A DNA stretch of 64,000 nt, taken from the NCBI GenBank assembly GCA_047495785.1, contig JBLDXI010000074.1, forward strand, positions 1,488,001-1,552,000. The letters run 5' to 3'. The position numbers and the translations under genes were made by a program. This stretch comes from Lepidodermella squamata (Eukaryota; Animalia; Gastrotricha). Shown here piece by piece: positions 12,501 through 25,440 of this stretch. The notes under the pieces were generated by a model. That model worked only from the letters and a program-made list of their open reading frames with translations, did not search any database and was not told the origin of the DNA. Within the stretch, counting starts at the first letter, position 1. Every line of letters begins with the position of its first letter.

Positions 12501-13810
12501 GGATAGGGTTCTCAGTTAAATAGGATTGTATGGATGGGCTCAAGTGCATCAGGAACGACGCTCAGATTGCCACGAAGCTACGACTCACCGATCGCTCCCG
12601 GCTATGCACCCTTCGATAGCTATTTATGGGTGTATTTCAAAAACTCACTTATTACAGCGAGGTCCGGTATCCACACGGACGAGGAAGGCAGCAAAATCTC
12701 AGTGATTTGGCCGAACTCATTCCTGTCCCAGGCTAATCGCTTATCGCGCCAGCCCTAGCCGAACAATAAACGATGATTAACAGGTATTAAAAAGAGCAAA
12801 AAGCCACTCACAATTTGTATGCGAACAGTAGTCTCCATTAGCTCGCTTTTTTCAACCTGGATTAAAAACAGAGACGTGTAGATGCGGCAATAGGTAAAAT
12901 GCAGTTGGCTCGATTGGCAATACATATTATGGAAGAGTTGATCGATCTCATGAAGACGTTTATTCAAAATTGATCTTGTCCCACCTCTACGGCTGCTCAT
13001 ATTCTTATTCTGTCTGGGTGGTAATTGGGGAAGGCAAACTAATGGAAAGATGCTATCTAATCTAATGCTTCTGAATTACGAGAATCAGTATTAAAATATT
13101 TCCGTGGATTGTCTGGCCCACTACAAGCATCGATAAAATTAAAAAGAGGAAAATTCGAAACTTACGAGGTCTTGGAGTTTGATAAGAATGACGCGCACCG
13201 TGACGTTAATGGGAATGTCCGTCAAGTCGGGGCGCGTCAACTGTTCATTAGATATGATGCGCTGGTAGAGGCGTTCCTGGGGGCTGGGCGCGGCACCCGA
13301 CGAGCCTGTTAACAAACTCGGAATGAGCGAGGGCGAGGCGACGGACGGCGGCACTACGAAGCGGTACGATGATACAAATTCATTGATATTATTACCCTGG
13401 GATGCGGACGTGCGCGTCCTCGCCATCGAAACAGTTGCCGGCAGGAGCAGGGCGGCCGGGTCTGCTTGGTTCGCCATCGCGACGAGTTGGTGCGCCGAGG
13501 ACTTGCCATCGACGGGCAGGGCCGCTTTCAGGCGATCGCGGCTGTGCCTGCCCTGACTCAGGCGCTCCTCGCTGTTCACGTTGTTCAAGTTGTTGTTGTT
13601 GTTGGCGTTGTCGCTGGCCGGTTCGGCGCGGTCTAGAAGAGCTGGAACGGGGGTTGGAGTGAGATAATCATCATTGTCATTATCATCATTAACAAAATCA
13701 TGAGTCATAACGAAATGGCGGCAATCGGGTCGCGAGGAGGCGCCCACCGCTTTAATAAGGTACAAAAAATTACTTGTGGCTATGATGAGGTAGATGAAGG
13801 GCGGTTTCAT
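9597..13810 (-). CDS. Cys-loop pentameric ligand-gated ion channel subunit, divergent nAChR-like, non-alpha
   Basis: Exons 13810-13166, 12856-12812, 12754-12649, 12338-11926, 11867-11806, 11757-11715, 11467-10947, 10445-10088; terminal exon uncertain (9999-9982 or 9701-9597). Motifs: WRDKRLAW, WIPDL, Cys-loop CKLQLSYFPFDRQKC, M1 YHSINFILPCFILS, M2 RVGSTTVTMLSVMVFQ, M2-M3 LPKTSESVPLL, M4 WLDIVSCINYTLGTICF. Confidence 0.88.
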
Positions 13811-16800
13811 GCTGAGCCGACGGGCATGCCTCGACTGCAGATGAGCGCGGGGCCAAGGCCGCCTCGTGTCGTCACGCGTAATTAGCCGCAACCGCTCGAC
13901 CGCACTTCCGGCACCGCATTTCACGCGCAGGACGTGTCAAAAAAGCTATCTAAGAATGAAAAATCGACGATAACAAACAAGTACGGCGGAAGTGCTGCTG
14001 TCTGTGGCCGTCTTTTGTCTCCTGCTGATTCCCGCGTGGACTGTGCTCTGTCGCGTGCTCTCTTTCTTCAGTTCTTTCTTTTAGCCCGAGTACTCTGTCG
14101 TAGTGGTCGTGCTTCATAGCAGTTAATGCCCCGTGCGTTTTCGATCTTACTACTACTACTGCTTACGAGTAGTATGGATTATCGCTGAAAAAAATCACAC
14201 GCAGGTCGAGCCGGCGCCTGCGAATAATTTATGACACGCGACGCTAAGCAACTCTGTGGCTCGACGCCCGCAGCCGCCGGCGCGCCAACGCGCGCAACGC
14301 CAGCCAGTCAGCCAGCCAGTCATCACTGCTGCCAACTTGACATACGCCCATACATGCATACATGTACGTACATGGCGACCCCCTCTAGTGATCTATAGGT
14401 AGGCTTAATTGAGGGCAAACACTTGCGTCTGTTTGTAGGCGAAACGATTGCCCTATTGTTCGATTCTTGCGAAGTAAATACAGCAGCGACACGGCTGCGA
14501 GAAAAACTGGCGCGTCGCTGAGCCGAGTGCTATAATCGAATATCGCGGGAGCAGAGAGCTGAATTGAGCGACGAAAAAATTAGGCGTGTCCGTATGTGCT
14601 GACCGAATTAGAGACAACACAGCTACGATTCACCGGACTTCATGAATGAATGTACAATCGGACAATATTTTGCAGTGTTTCATTTTTTGAAAATCTGCCC
14701 GCAATTTTGCGAAAAATTAGTGTAAACAGCCACAACAATATACAGGACGTCATATTGGAAAAAATGCGTCTGAATATGGACATCATTATGCATTCTGAAA
14801 TGGTTCCCGCAAATCTAACCAGTTTAATCATTAGATTGCGTGCTGCTCTTGTAACGGTGCAGAAAATGCATGCTAGATATTATAATATGACAATGTTCGT
14901 TTGAGAGAGTTATTGAGTATATATATACCTTCTCCTAGAGCAAGTCCTGATTTCACAAATCCAAAGGTCCTATCGAATGATCGGTTAAAGAGTGCGTACT
15001 CTTCGGCCAAATTCGCCCCTAAACCGCAAAAAGGATCCACGATCGGCGAATAGCATTAACTTGGGAAGCGAAGTTGGAGCATTTCAAAAGGCTTCACGTT
15101 CGATTGAGTGGCAATACGCATTAAGATGAAAAGCTATCGATGTAAATGGACTGGTCCCTCCAAGAAGTAATGCATTTTACCATTAGCTCCTATACCGTTA
15201 TCCGATTACACGCGCGCAAAAACAAGGTAAGAAAAAGCTATTTTGCTTGTGAAAACACGCACGTCCTACGTTGCAAAATTGCGAAGCGCGCTAATGTAAG
15301 GGGCGAGCGAAGGCTTTTTTACGGACCGACATTAAAGTGGGTGCCTGGTGCCTGTGCATTGTAGGCTGCAGCGTATTCAGGTCAACGGGCGAATTACTTC
15401 CGGCAACCAGTTCCGCCCCAGGTTTTTTGTTTCTTATTCCGCTAATTTGTTTTGCCAGCCCTGCAGGTGAGATCTGTAATGCAACCTTTCAACTCAATAA
15501 TAAGGATTTTATGTGTCAACTTCGTGAAACAGTGGTTGAAGGCGTATCATTCCGTGTAACACGGTACCCAGGATTATATAAACATTTGTATTATTCAAGA
15601 GGAAAATCTAAAAAGGCGTGAAAATTGAAGGTAGTATGGTGGGACAGGAGTTTGGACTCACCGAACTTATCATGAAACAGTCATCACCAAATCGGGAAAA
15701 ACAGGCCATAATCATGTTAAAATCATGCACTGCACGACAGTAAAAAAATTAAAATTTAATGAGACAGTTTTGGAAAATGGTTTTTCAAAAATCCAACGCG
15801 GTCTCGTAAATGCTGGTACCACTCATGTATTAGAGGAGGAAATTTCGCGTAGAAACGGACCCCAGCAGATTACAACGGACTGCACAGCAATAAAACAAAT
15901 ATCGTAAATAATGAATGAAATCTTGTCATCAGAAAGCTGAATGCTGATTCCGTGTGCGCGTAATTCTGGTCGCGGGATTAAGTAATTAAATTAATGATTG
16001 TTAGGCAACCACTGCTTTGACAATGCGCACGTGCAATAAACAAAGCGAGAACGCTGATCAAGTTGATCATCGAATTAATATCGATGCTAGCGTGCGCGGC
16101 CGAAATTTATTGACGCAATGAGCGCGCGTCGCCACTACCACTGACTGCTGCTGCTATATCAAGGCAATACCAGCACTTGTCTAGAGACCAGGAGCGGCCG
16201 GCTGGCCATTCACCTGATTTGCGATGCCTGCCACTACCTGAATCGATGGCTCGTGTATCTCATTGCCGTAGTATCGACTATATTATATACGTGTTTAACT
16301 CAGAGGATGCAGTCGTAGGGGCCGCCGCACCAGTGTTTGCGAGACGACCGCAAAAATATTTGCACGTCCTAGCGCGCAGTCTTGAAAATTGAAATACAGC
16401 AGCAGCAGTTGTGTGGTGGTGATGGTGGTTGCCAGAGAAAAAAAAACAAAAAGGCCGCGGCGGCTGCTGAGCGCAGCTCATCCGGAAGCCATCCGCTGTG
16501 CATTAACGGCTTGTCGCGCAATCGATATATATCGCCGGCACCGGGCGGGCGATGATGATGACAATTGACAATATATATCTGCGTGTTTTAATGTTATTAA
16601 TGATCGCACGGGCGAGGAAATACAATAATTATTATTATAGCTGCGTTTTTTTACATCCCAGCACATTGGCGTACACCAATTTTCGGCCAAGAAGCCGAGT
16701 GGGAAATCCTGCGATGAATATATCGTCCGTCTCGCCGGCATTGTCTGAGTTGGAAAGAAAACTTAAGAAATTGGACCTTCTTCAGAGAATTTCCATAGAT

Positions 16801-17249
16801 ATTAGTAAATGTTGTCAAGATAGCCCCCACGTTATATGCGAATCTTTTACTCAAAAAACTAGAATCAGTAAGTAAAAAAGTGCTTATATCGATGGCACTC
16901 ACATTCGCACTGGAAGTATGAAGTACACCCCCATCGAAATCCCGATAGTAGCACGAAGCTATAACCCCTTCAAAATAGCGACCTACTTTTATTCAGTACG
17001 CGGACGAAAAATCGTTCAAACAGCTGTAACTTGGTAGTGAACGCTCAAAATGCCACAAATTATATATATATACTCGTAATAAGCGCATCTAGGCGGTCAT
17101 TTTGCTATCGGTTTCGAGTTGAAATCTGTTATACAAGAACATTTGTTTTTGCGTGAGCTTTTAGTAAGGTAGTACATTTGTACATTACTGCAGAACATGA
17201 GTGACTGCTACTATACGATTTTGTTTTTTGATGTTTTATTTTCAAAAAG

Positions 17250-18717
17250 TCAAAGAACAACAAGCTGTCCAATGTCGGTGTGGCGGCGCAGGTAAACCAG
17301 GAGTCGCGGTTCGCGTCGAAACTGGGCGCTCATTTGCGCATCTCCCGGGTGGTTCTGCGGTACTGGGTGCTTTGTGCGCTTCATAAATCGGTGTTTATTG
17401 CCAAATGGCGTCAGCGGCATGACATTCATTCGCTGCTGCTGCTGCTGCTGACGGTTGCGATGAGCAGTGCCAGCAGATGAGTGGGCTCGGCGTGCTTGGA
17501 TAGGCCGCGGAGTGAACAAAAACTCGGCGTAGTGCGACGACGCCGATTTGTCGGCGACTCCTGTCAGGCAAACGGCTTTCGGCAGAGTCAGCAGCATTTC
17601 ACACCTATTTGCAAAATAATACACCGCCTCGTTAATTAAATAAATCCGATCTCGCGGGATTCAGAGTTGCATCAATAAGAGCTGACAACGACCGTCACTA
17701 ATTAAGCTGCTAATTGCAATTTATTTTGCATTTGCCATTAACCTAAAACAATTGCTCACCTGTAGTATTTCGTGCTGTCAAATTTAAATCCGCCACATCG
17801 AGGTTCACGTAAGCACTCAGCCATGCAGCCACTGGGCGAGGCGAAGTGCGACGAGGCAGGGTCGCCTCCATCCTCATTGCCAGCTCCATCTGGGTCGTAC
17901 GTGCAGTAGGGACACTTCCAAAACTGACCTGATTGAAATAACAACATATAAAGAAGTAGAAACATTATGAAAAATCAGCAATAAATCGCTAACCAAAGCA
18001 AGTGCCGTTGAAGGGTGAGAATTGCTGCCCGACCCACGTTCGATTGGCGAGCAACTGCTCGATGCGCATGGCTGCAGATGGCCGTCCAGTTGTTGTTGAC
18101 GGATGGCCCCTTTTACCGCTGTTCAGCATATCATCAGAAAGTCGCGGAGGGGTGACCAAGTCGCCGAGGACCAAAATTTCAGCAGCATCCTGGCTGAGCT
18201 CAGCTGGTGGTAGCTTGTAGTAACTGCGAACGGCATCGACAAGCTTCATTGCGCCGTCGCTTTTCCGCGCCTCAATGACATCGTCGTGTTCAACTTTCGG
18301 TATCACGTCGCTACCACCTTCCTCGTTCGGTTTCAATTTAACGTAGAACAGAAATTGCCCAGAAGAATCAGGGGCGTGGCCTCGACGACACCATGGGTCG
18401 CTGAAGTAGAAGGCGCAACGCTCTCCGACTCTCAGTTCAGCATAACGCACTGCGGTGCAATTCTTCGATGCTTTGCAGGCGCTCAAACAAGACGAAAGAG
18501 AAAAATTGCTGCATCCTGGCTCGCAGAACCAATAAGTGCCTGCACACAGCTGCTCCATCATTGTAAAATCCATAAAAATGCCCATGTCCTCTGTCCCAGT
18601 CGGAGACGTCGTGGTTGTCCCATTTTCGTTGATGATCTCGTAAGAAGTTTCATCAACCATAAGCGCCGCTAAATTGGCATGATTCAACGTTAAAATCAAC
18701 AACGTTAATAAGAGCAT
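17250..18717 (-). CDS. Secreted protein with two PAN/apple-like Cys domains
   Basis: Signal peptide MLLLTLLILTLNHANLA. Two C-x3-C-x5-C-x2-(V/F)-x-(Y/F)...C motifs (CLSACKASKNCTAVRY..C; CMAECLREPRCGGFKF..RC). Exons 18717-17994, 17928-17760 and 17604-17250 are in phase. Confidence 0.65.
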
Positions 18718-18923
18718 GCTTTGTCGGGTAAGTTAATTGACGAATTGGGCTGTAACTGGCAGTCATGAACTCAACAGGTATGTCTGTTATCTTCTGTAAC
18801 GACTGGGCCAGATAAGTAAAGTTGCGTCTATTTCGGAGAGCGATAACAGAATTGCGCAATATAATTATAATTCATAATATTTATTCGCCATTTATTGTAA
18901 AAAAAAGTTAACTAATAATATAA

Positions 18924-20761
18924 CTAATAACTAGGTCGTTCACATGCAGCGCTGCAAGTAACGTAGTCTGGCCAACTGTTGATGTTTCCAGTGCACAGCC
19001 GTTTGTACGAGACAATCATTTGGCACCGTTGGCTGTATGCCGAATCAAAGAACCACCGAATTATCGGCCTATCGCTGGGATCTATAGGAGAGCAATTTGC
19101 GCTCTCATAATCTCGAGGCGCTGAACACGAGCTGGCTCGTTCTCCGCTGCCATTGAAAGGAGTCGTAGTAGTAGGAGTTGCAGTAGTAGTCGGCCTTCTC
19201 CTCGTAGTCGTGAAATAGTCCTCGTAATTGTCTGTAGTGGTTCCTTCGTCTAGCAGACGAGTCGCCCACGAGTCTCCACGTGAACGAGGTCGAGTCGCAA
19301 AGCTGTTACTAGTTGCCCAGAATGGTAACCGTGTCCACTCTCGGTTATTTAGGACTTGCGTGGTCATAGTTGATGTTAACGATCGCCGTGTTACATCGAT
19401 CGGCCATGCGGCTGTATTGGCGGTAGATGAGGATGACAGTCTCATCTGTGCGCCTGTTTCAAAATGAGTGGTAGGTAATGCCAAACTTTTAACTCATCTC
19501 GAACTCACGTGCTAAAAGCCCAGCTAATAGTAGACTCTCGAGCTCTGAAAGAGCTTCATCTCGCCTCCATGTCGTTGAGCTAGTCCAAGCCGAAGTCTCA
19601 GTCGTGTAGATTCGAGGCCAAGTTGATCTGGTGGACCTAAAAGCGTGATCAGCAAAAAAGAGGAGAGAAATAGTTAGGTGCCAAGTTTTTTAATGCCCTT
19701 GAATTAGCGGCATTATTATTACGCGCACGTGCGTTGTTTTCAGTGGAAAAAACAGCAATTTCGAAAAATAAAGAAATGAAGGGATGAAAATTAAAGCAGA
19801 CATACCACGTGTAATCTGGCGGATAGCCAACGGTTGAAGGGTCTTGAGTCACCATTCGATTAGTCGGTTGTGTAACAGGTTCGGGGGTAGTTCGAAAGTT
19901 GTTGTAAGGAGGCGTTGCGTTCGTCGATAAATCCCGATTCCAGACATACTCTGCCAGTGAAATGTATATAAACGAGACCATTTTTAACAATATGGAGTGA
20001 AATTACGCGGAGAGACCATGCCGGGTATTACATGAGCGAGTAATGCCGGCAGCCGGTAATTTTGAATTTCCGTGGGCATCCTCACGAACCTGTTCTACGT
20101 TCAAGACCGACTGAATTCTATCGCTCTGAAAATCAGCCCTTTTGTTTTCAAACCTGTTCCATTTCAGTGGTTATCGCAGTGTGACCAAATGGAGCCATCG
20201 CCACCGAATAAAGTTCATACAAATCGATGTCCTTGCTGGTGTAATCCGCGTGCGGGATGACATGTTTGGCTTGATCCAGATTGTAAGTGTCGTAGTGATA
20301 CCCGATCATGTAACCTGGTCGTATTTCGATTCTCTCATTCGGCGGCACTTCATAAGCATTCCAACCCGTTAGTGAAGCAACAACCTATGCCAAATACGTA
20401 TGCCAAATGTTTCGCACAGATTTTTACAATAAGCTGTTATTTATACTTTGTTGTAGCCAATGAGGTAAAAATTGGATTGGCCCGAGTTGAGGCGTTGCCA
20501 TACTGAAAGGTACAAAACCGTCCCAGCTACCTTTGCTATGTTGTAAAACCACCATTCTGATATCACCCCATCACATTCTGTTTTCATGGTCGTAAAAATT
20601 TGAGCATAGGCCCCCGTGCCGTTCACCTTATCGGTAGAAAACGGTTTCCCAGCATCGCATTTCGTCCAATCTTTGTAACCACGAGGTAAGACAAATTCTA
20701 ATTCGGCTAGAATCGGCTTCGAATATAATGCTACGTAGCATAGCGTTAGCAACAGTCGCAT
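18924..20761 (-). CDS. Secreted protein: uncharacterised N-terminal beta-rich domain + Thr/Ser-rich linker + atypical Kunitz/BPTI domain (paralog A)
   Basis: Exons 20761-20447, 20384-20154, 20094-20007, 19950-19806, 19636-19509, 19453-18924. C-terminal six-Cys Kunitz pattern CSAPRD..NC..RWFFD..RC..LCTGNINSW...CSAAC. N-terminal domain is clearly homologous to that of 21214-22456. Confidence 0.8.
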
Positions 20762-21213
20762 CGTTGGAGATGAGGAAATCTCGTAGTTAAAAAACTTGAG
20801 CGTAATGCATTTATCAACTTGTTCATCATCATCACTACAGGGCGTGGTGTAGGCGTAATTCAAAGAGCCTTCTCAAGTAAACGTTTTGTTGTTGTAGTTT
20901 TTTATTCACAAATTCACACGTATTTAGTGAAGTAACCTTGAGTACACGTGGGTGAAATTTCGCGCTCTTTACAGGTAACATAACAATGGGCTAATTAAAA
21001 GTTTTAAATTCTCGAACAAGACGACGATAGAAAAAAGTATGCAACATACGCTTGATTTTTGCTCGCGCTTTTTTTCAATAAGTTTTGTATAAAAATTAAT
21101 AGCAAATCACATTTTCCAATACTGATTGACCAATACTGATCGACTGCCGATTCAATTTCATAAATGATTCAATTTCCTCTAACAAGTTGAGCTGCATGTA
21201 ACGTAAATCATCA

Positions 21214-22456
21214 TCAACCAGCCGTTTGAGGTGGATCTCGCTCGCAACTTATTATGCAGTCCATTTGCGACTTGTAATTGTTCGCATTGCCTCCACAACC
21301 TATCGCATATTTTCAAAGTTTATAGATTCAACAGTAAAACATGAGCTCACCTGTGAATGTAAACAGCTGACACCGTTGGCTGTACTCGTTGTCGTAGTAC
21401 CAGCGTACGGTTAGCGACTGCTCGCAGTTCGGATCGCCGTTGTCCCGAGGAAGGAAACACGCTACGGGAGAACAAGCCCGGTTAAAGTAATACATTATTC
21501 ACCTGAATGAGAATTCAGCCTTACCTGGTGATACGGTTCCGGTTGGTAGAGTTGTTGTCCGCGTTGTGGTTGATGGTGCCTTGGTCGTTGTAGTCGGGAT
21601 GGTCTCGAGGTCGGGCCCATTAGTCGGCGAAGTCAACCGGAACATGGTTGTCCGCGTGATCGCATGATTAATCATTTCTAAAGCACACACAATCGATTGA
21701 TTAAACCTATATTATGCGAAATCGATCAATGGCTATTACGTATTGGGTTAATGTCCCGAATGACGTGGGCGAGCATGGCGGGCAGACGGCTGTTTCTGAT
21801 CTCGCCGTACGGCAGTGACACGAATCGGTTCCGGTCCATTTCTTCCATAATCGTAGCGTGGCCATACGGCGCCGCGACAACCGAGTGCAAATCGTACAGA
21901 TCAACGTCGAGCGAGGCGTCGGACGCGTGCGGCACGATCAGCTTGTCCTGGTCCAGGTTGTAAGTGTCGTAGTGGAAGCCGAGCATGTAGCCCGGGCGCA
22001 CCTTGATGCGCTCGCTCACCGGCACTTCGACGCGCTGCCAGCCGACCGAGTTCGACGAGAACGTGTTAAAGCCGACCAGGAAATACTGGTCAGGCCCGGA
22101 GGTGAGTTTCTGCCACACGGACAGGTACAGCACCGCATTCGGCACCTTAGCGACGCTGTTAACCATTAATTAGGCAAAAATTGGATGAAAACTAGAATGT
22201 TCGGGATGAATGAAATGCTTGTATACACTTACTTGTAGACCCACCACTCGGAAATGTAGCCGTCGCAGGTCGCCTTCATGGTCGTAAAAATTTGCATGTA
22301 GGCCCCGGCGCCGGTGAGTTTGTCCGTAGAGAACGGCGTTCCGATGTCGCAGGTTCCCCAGTTTTTGTAACCTTTCGGCAGGACAAAGTCAAGCGCGGCT
22401 TGCGTCGAGCCGAACATCAGCGCCACCACGAGAGCCACGATCGCATACACGGTCAT
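21214..22456 (-). CDS. Secreted protein: uncharacterised N-terminal domain + Thr-rich linker + Kunitz/BPTI domain (paralog B)
   Basis: Exons 22456-22233, 22155-21740, 21677-21525, 21461-21351, 21299-21214. Kunitz domain assembled by splicing (absent from the ORF track): ACFLPRDNGDPNCEQSLTVRWYYDNEYSQRCQLFTFTGCGGNANNYKSQMDCIISC. Confidence 0.85.
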
Positions 22457-23689
22457 TTGCGATCGCGTTGATGAATTTTTTGTGTGTAAAAAACGAAGCA
22501 GAGCGTGAAATGGTAGCAGAGGCCACAAGGTTGGCTTATAGGCCCTGATGGACAGCACAATCTAAAGTAAGTAAGTTGATGGCGATTTTGTAAAGCAATA
22601 AAGACATTGTAAAGCGAGAGTTGAATAGAGCAATTTGTATTAGTCAGTTGTTTTGCTTGTTGGGAAAGCGGCGCAGTGGTGGAGAGGCGTGTTTGCCGGG
22701 GCTCGTGCACAAGAGAAGATCAGTTGCGCGCAAACAACAAAACCGAGGCGGGGTTTTCACTGGTTTTTCAAGCGCGCCTGCGCGTTGTGAATGCGGGCGC
22801 GCTCGCGCCATTCATGCGCGCGTCTTATTTTTCTCACGGCAGCAGCAGCAGCGGCAGCAGCGATAAGCAGAGGCTGCGCTGGATATAGCGATCAAAAAGG
22901 CTCGCGCTCTCGCGTTTTTAGCTGCGACTTGTCATTGAGCTGGATTCGGGACACATATCAAGCTCGCTATGCAGGTATTACCTACTAATAGATATGACAA
23001 AGAGCGCATGTGACTAGTAGTAGTAGTAGTAGTGGTGGTACCCTTGCATCAACAAGGCACTAACTCGGCTGTTTAGGAACTTTTTCTGCGATGGTGACCT
23101 CAGCCTTAGTCTTAGCAGATGGATGGATGGATGCCTGTCGCCTTGGCGATGGTTGCCGCCGTGTTGCAGATTCACACGTGCCGGCGGTCGCGATGACCTC
23201 ACTCGGCTCTTTGTCCGCACCAGGGTGTCCGTCCGTCAGCCGCTCTTCTTCCTATGATAAGGACAGGGCCCCACGATGGTGGTATACTCACGTCAATTTA
23301 GGCAACTCGAGCCACCTTTTAGAATTCTAGGGCACAGCAATAACCTTGCCAAATTTAGCGACAAAATGTGTGTGCTGTATGTAGTCTGCTGGGTGGATTT
23401 GTTCGACAAAAACCCAGCAAAATGTCTCATTTGTCGTAGGGATATGCTGGAACCACCATAACCTCTAAGTTCTCGATTTTTTTTTAATTTCTTAAATGTT
23501 ATCATAAATCGCGAAGCTGTGAAAAATCGAAAAATAAATGCAAAAACTTGACCGGAAATAGCACAAACTGCCAAAGGCTGGAGCTATGAAGAAAAATACA
23601 GGAAAACGTTGTGAATTGCATTGGAAAATGATCGAAAAACCAAAGGCGATGAATAATTAGATAGACTGTTTTATTGTGTTCCTCATCAT

Positions 23690-25420
23690 CATCTTTCTTC
23701 ATCATCATCATCATCATCCTCATTAGTAGAGTGATATCCTCGAAAAGACAACACTCGCTTATAATTTGATATAGCCATTACTGTACAGACATTTTGTTGT
23801 TGTTGAAGAAGAAGAAGATGAATGAATGAATATAATTATTGTTGAATAAATGGATGAACAAATGAATGCTGTACTTTTTTTAGCATATACTTGTATACTT
23901 GTAATTTTCATCGAATTAAACTAGGATAACCAACGACGTATTATTATCGATGACAATAATTGCGTGTGCCTCGCAATCAATCGGTCGGTCAGTGGGTCAG
24001 TCGAACATTATCTGATCGTGATTTTTCTCAAACTTGACAAAGAAAACACGACACCGAACGGATCGTATAAATGCGGCGAGCACGTGTTCATCAATATCGC
24101 CAATTAACGACAGACAGTAACTGTTTGCTATTCATACAATACGTCAATTGTACGTGAATACGAGAAGAGAGCGAGAGAGACAGACGACGGGAGAAGTGAG
24201 GTGAGTTGGAGGTGAGTCATCCATCCATCCATTCATACATACATTCATTCATTCATTGGTACATCCATTCGTTCAAACAGTCAAAACAGTCATCCAAAAG
24301 TGAGGAGAGGCGAGAGCGATTGTTCCTCCGAATCGATAAATCGATCATTCATTCAAGCATTCATTCAAAAGATATCTTTGATATAAGTAGTAGGTATAAT
24401 ATTTTCATCACAGATCCGATCACAGGCAGAGAGGCATTCAATTCATCCATCCATCCATCGTGGTAAATAAGAGCTATATCATCATTGTTTTTATCATCTC
24501 GTTTGAATACAAAATATAAAGACGAAGAATAAGAATAAGAAGAAGAAGAAGAAGAAGTTGCTACGAATTGCAGCGATCGAGCAGAATCCAGACACAAGTC
24601 ACAATTGAGCAGCAGGAAGACCAACCAATCAGACGGTTTGTTTCATCATCATCATCTGTAGTAATATCAACGACTTTCAATTGGGTTTCGGTTTTCTTTA
24701 ATCGGCGGAGACGAGAAGAAGAAGAAGACAAGAAGAGTAGATTATGTTAAATCATCGTCCGAACATAATTCATCAGCACTTCGAACAAAAGTTCGCGCGG
24801 TTAAATATACGCTATATAATAATGAATATAATCATAATAGCGATAGATAGATGTGTATCACAAATTTCACGCAAATTTCAAAAGAGAAGAAGACGAAGAC
24901 GAAGACGAAGTAGAAGAAGAGTTGGTAGAAGAGTTGTTTTTATTGTTGTTGCTTTTTGCGTTCTTGCCGAGAGAGACGGACAAAACGATGAGTGAAAGAC
25001 GCAAGAGCGAGAGAGAGAGAGAGATAACATACGTAGTACGTATGTAAGAGGTTGTGGTGGTGCTTGCTATTTCTATGAGTTCTAGAAGATGCGAGTCACT
25101 TGGTGAGTCAGTCATCATCATCATTATCAGTCATTCAATCAGTCATTATTAGATCAATTAATTAGATGTAGAGAAGTGGAGAGGAGATATAGATAGAAAG
25201 AGTGTTGATCGATCGATCAATCGATACAAATCAATTCAAATGAAAACGAAAAAAAATCAATTTCGATCGAGTTTTTACTATCATCATCATCATCATCATC
25301 GCATCATCGTATTCAGAGAGCTCTATGTGTGTGTGTGTATGTCTATCATCGTATTTATCGTATGTATCATATAGGTAGGTAGAGTGTGTAAATGTCAATA
25401 GTAGTAGTAAGTTTTTCAAG
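23690..25420. repeat. Microsatellite-rich AT-rich region downstream of KPNB1 (probable long 3' UTR or intergenic)
   Basis: Runs of (CAT)n, (GAA)n, (TGAA)n, (CATC)n, (CATT)n, (GA)n and (GT)n. The short ORFs here are low-complexity. Confidence 0.7.
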
Positions 25421-25440
25421 TTTCTGCTTGTGACTGCTGA

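Noticed and set aside
13930-17240. Short ORFs upstream of the channel gene
   Set aside because: No motifs or coding bias; treated as intergenic or regulatory DNA.
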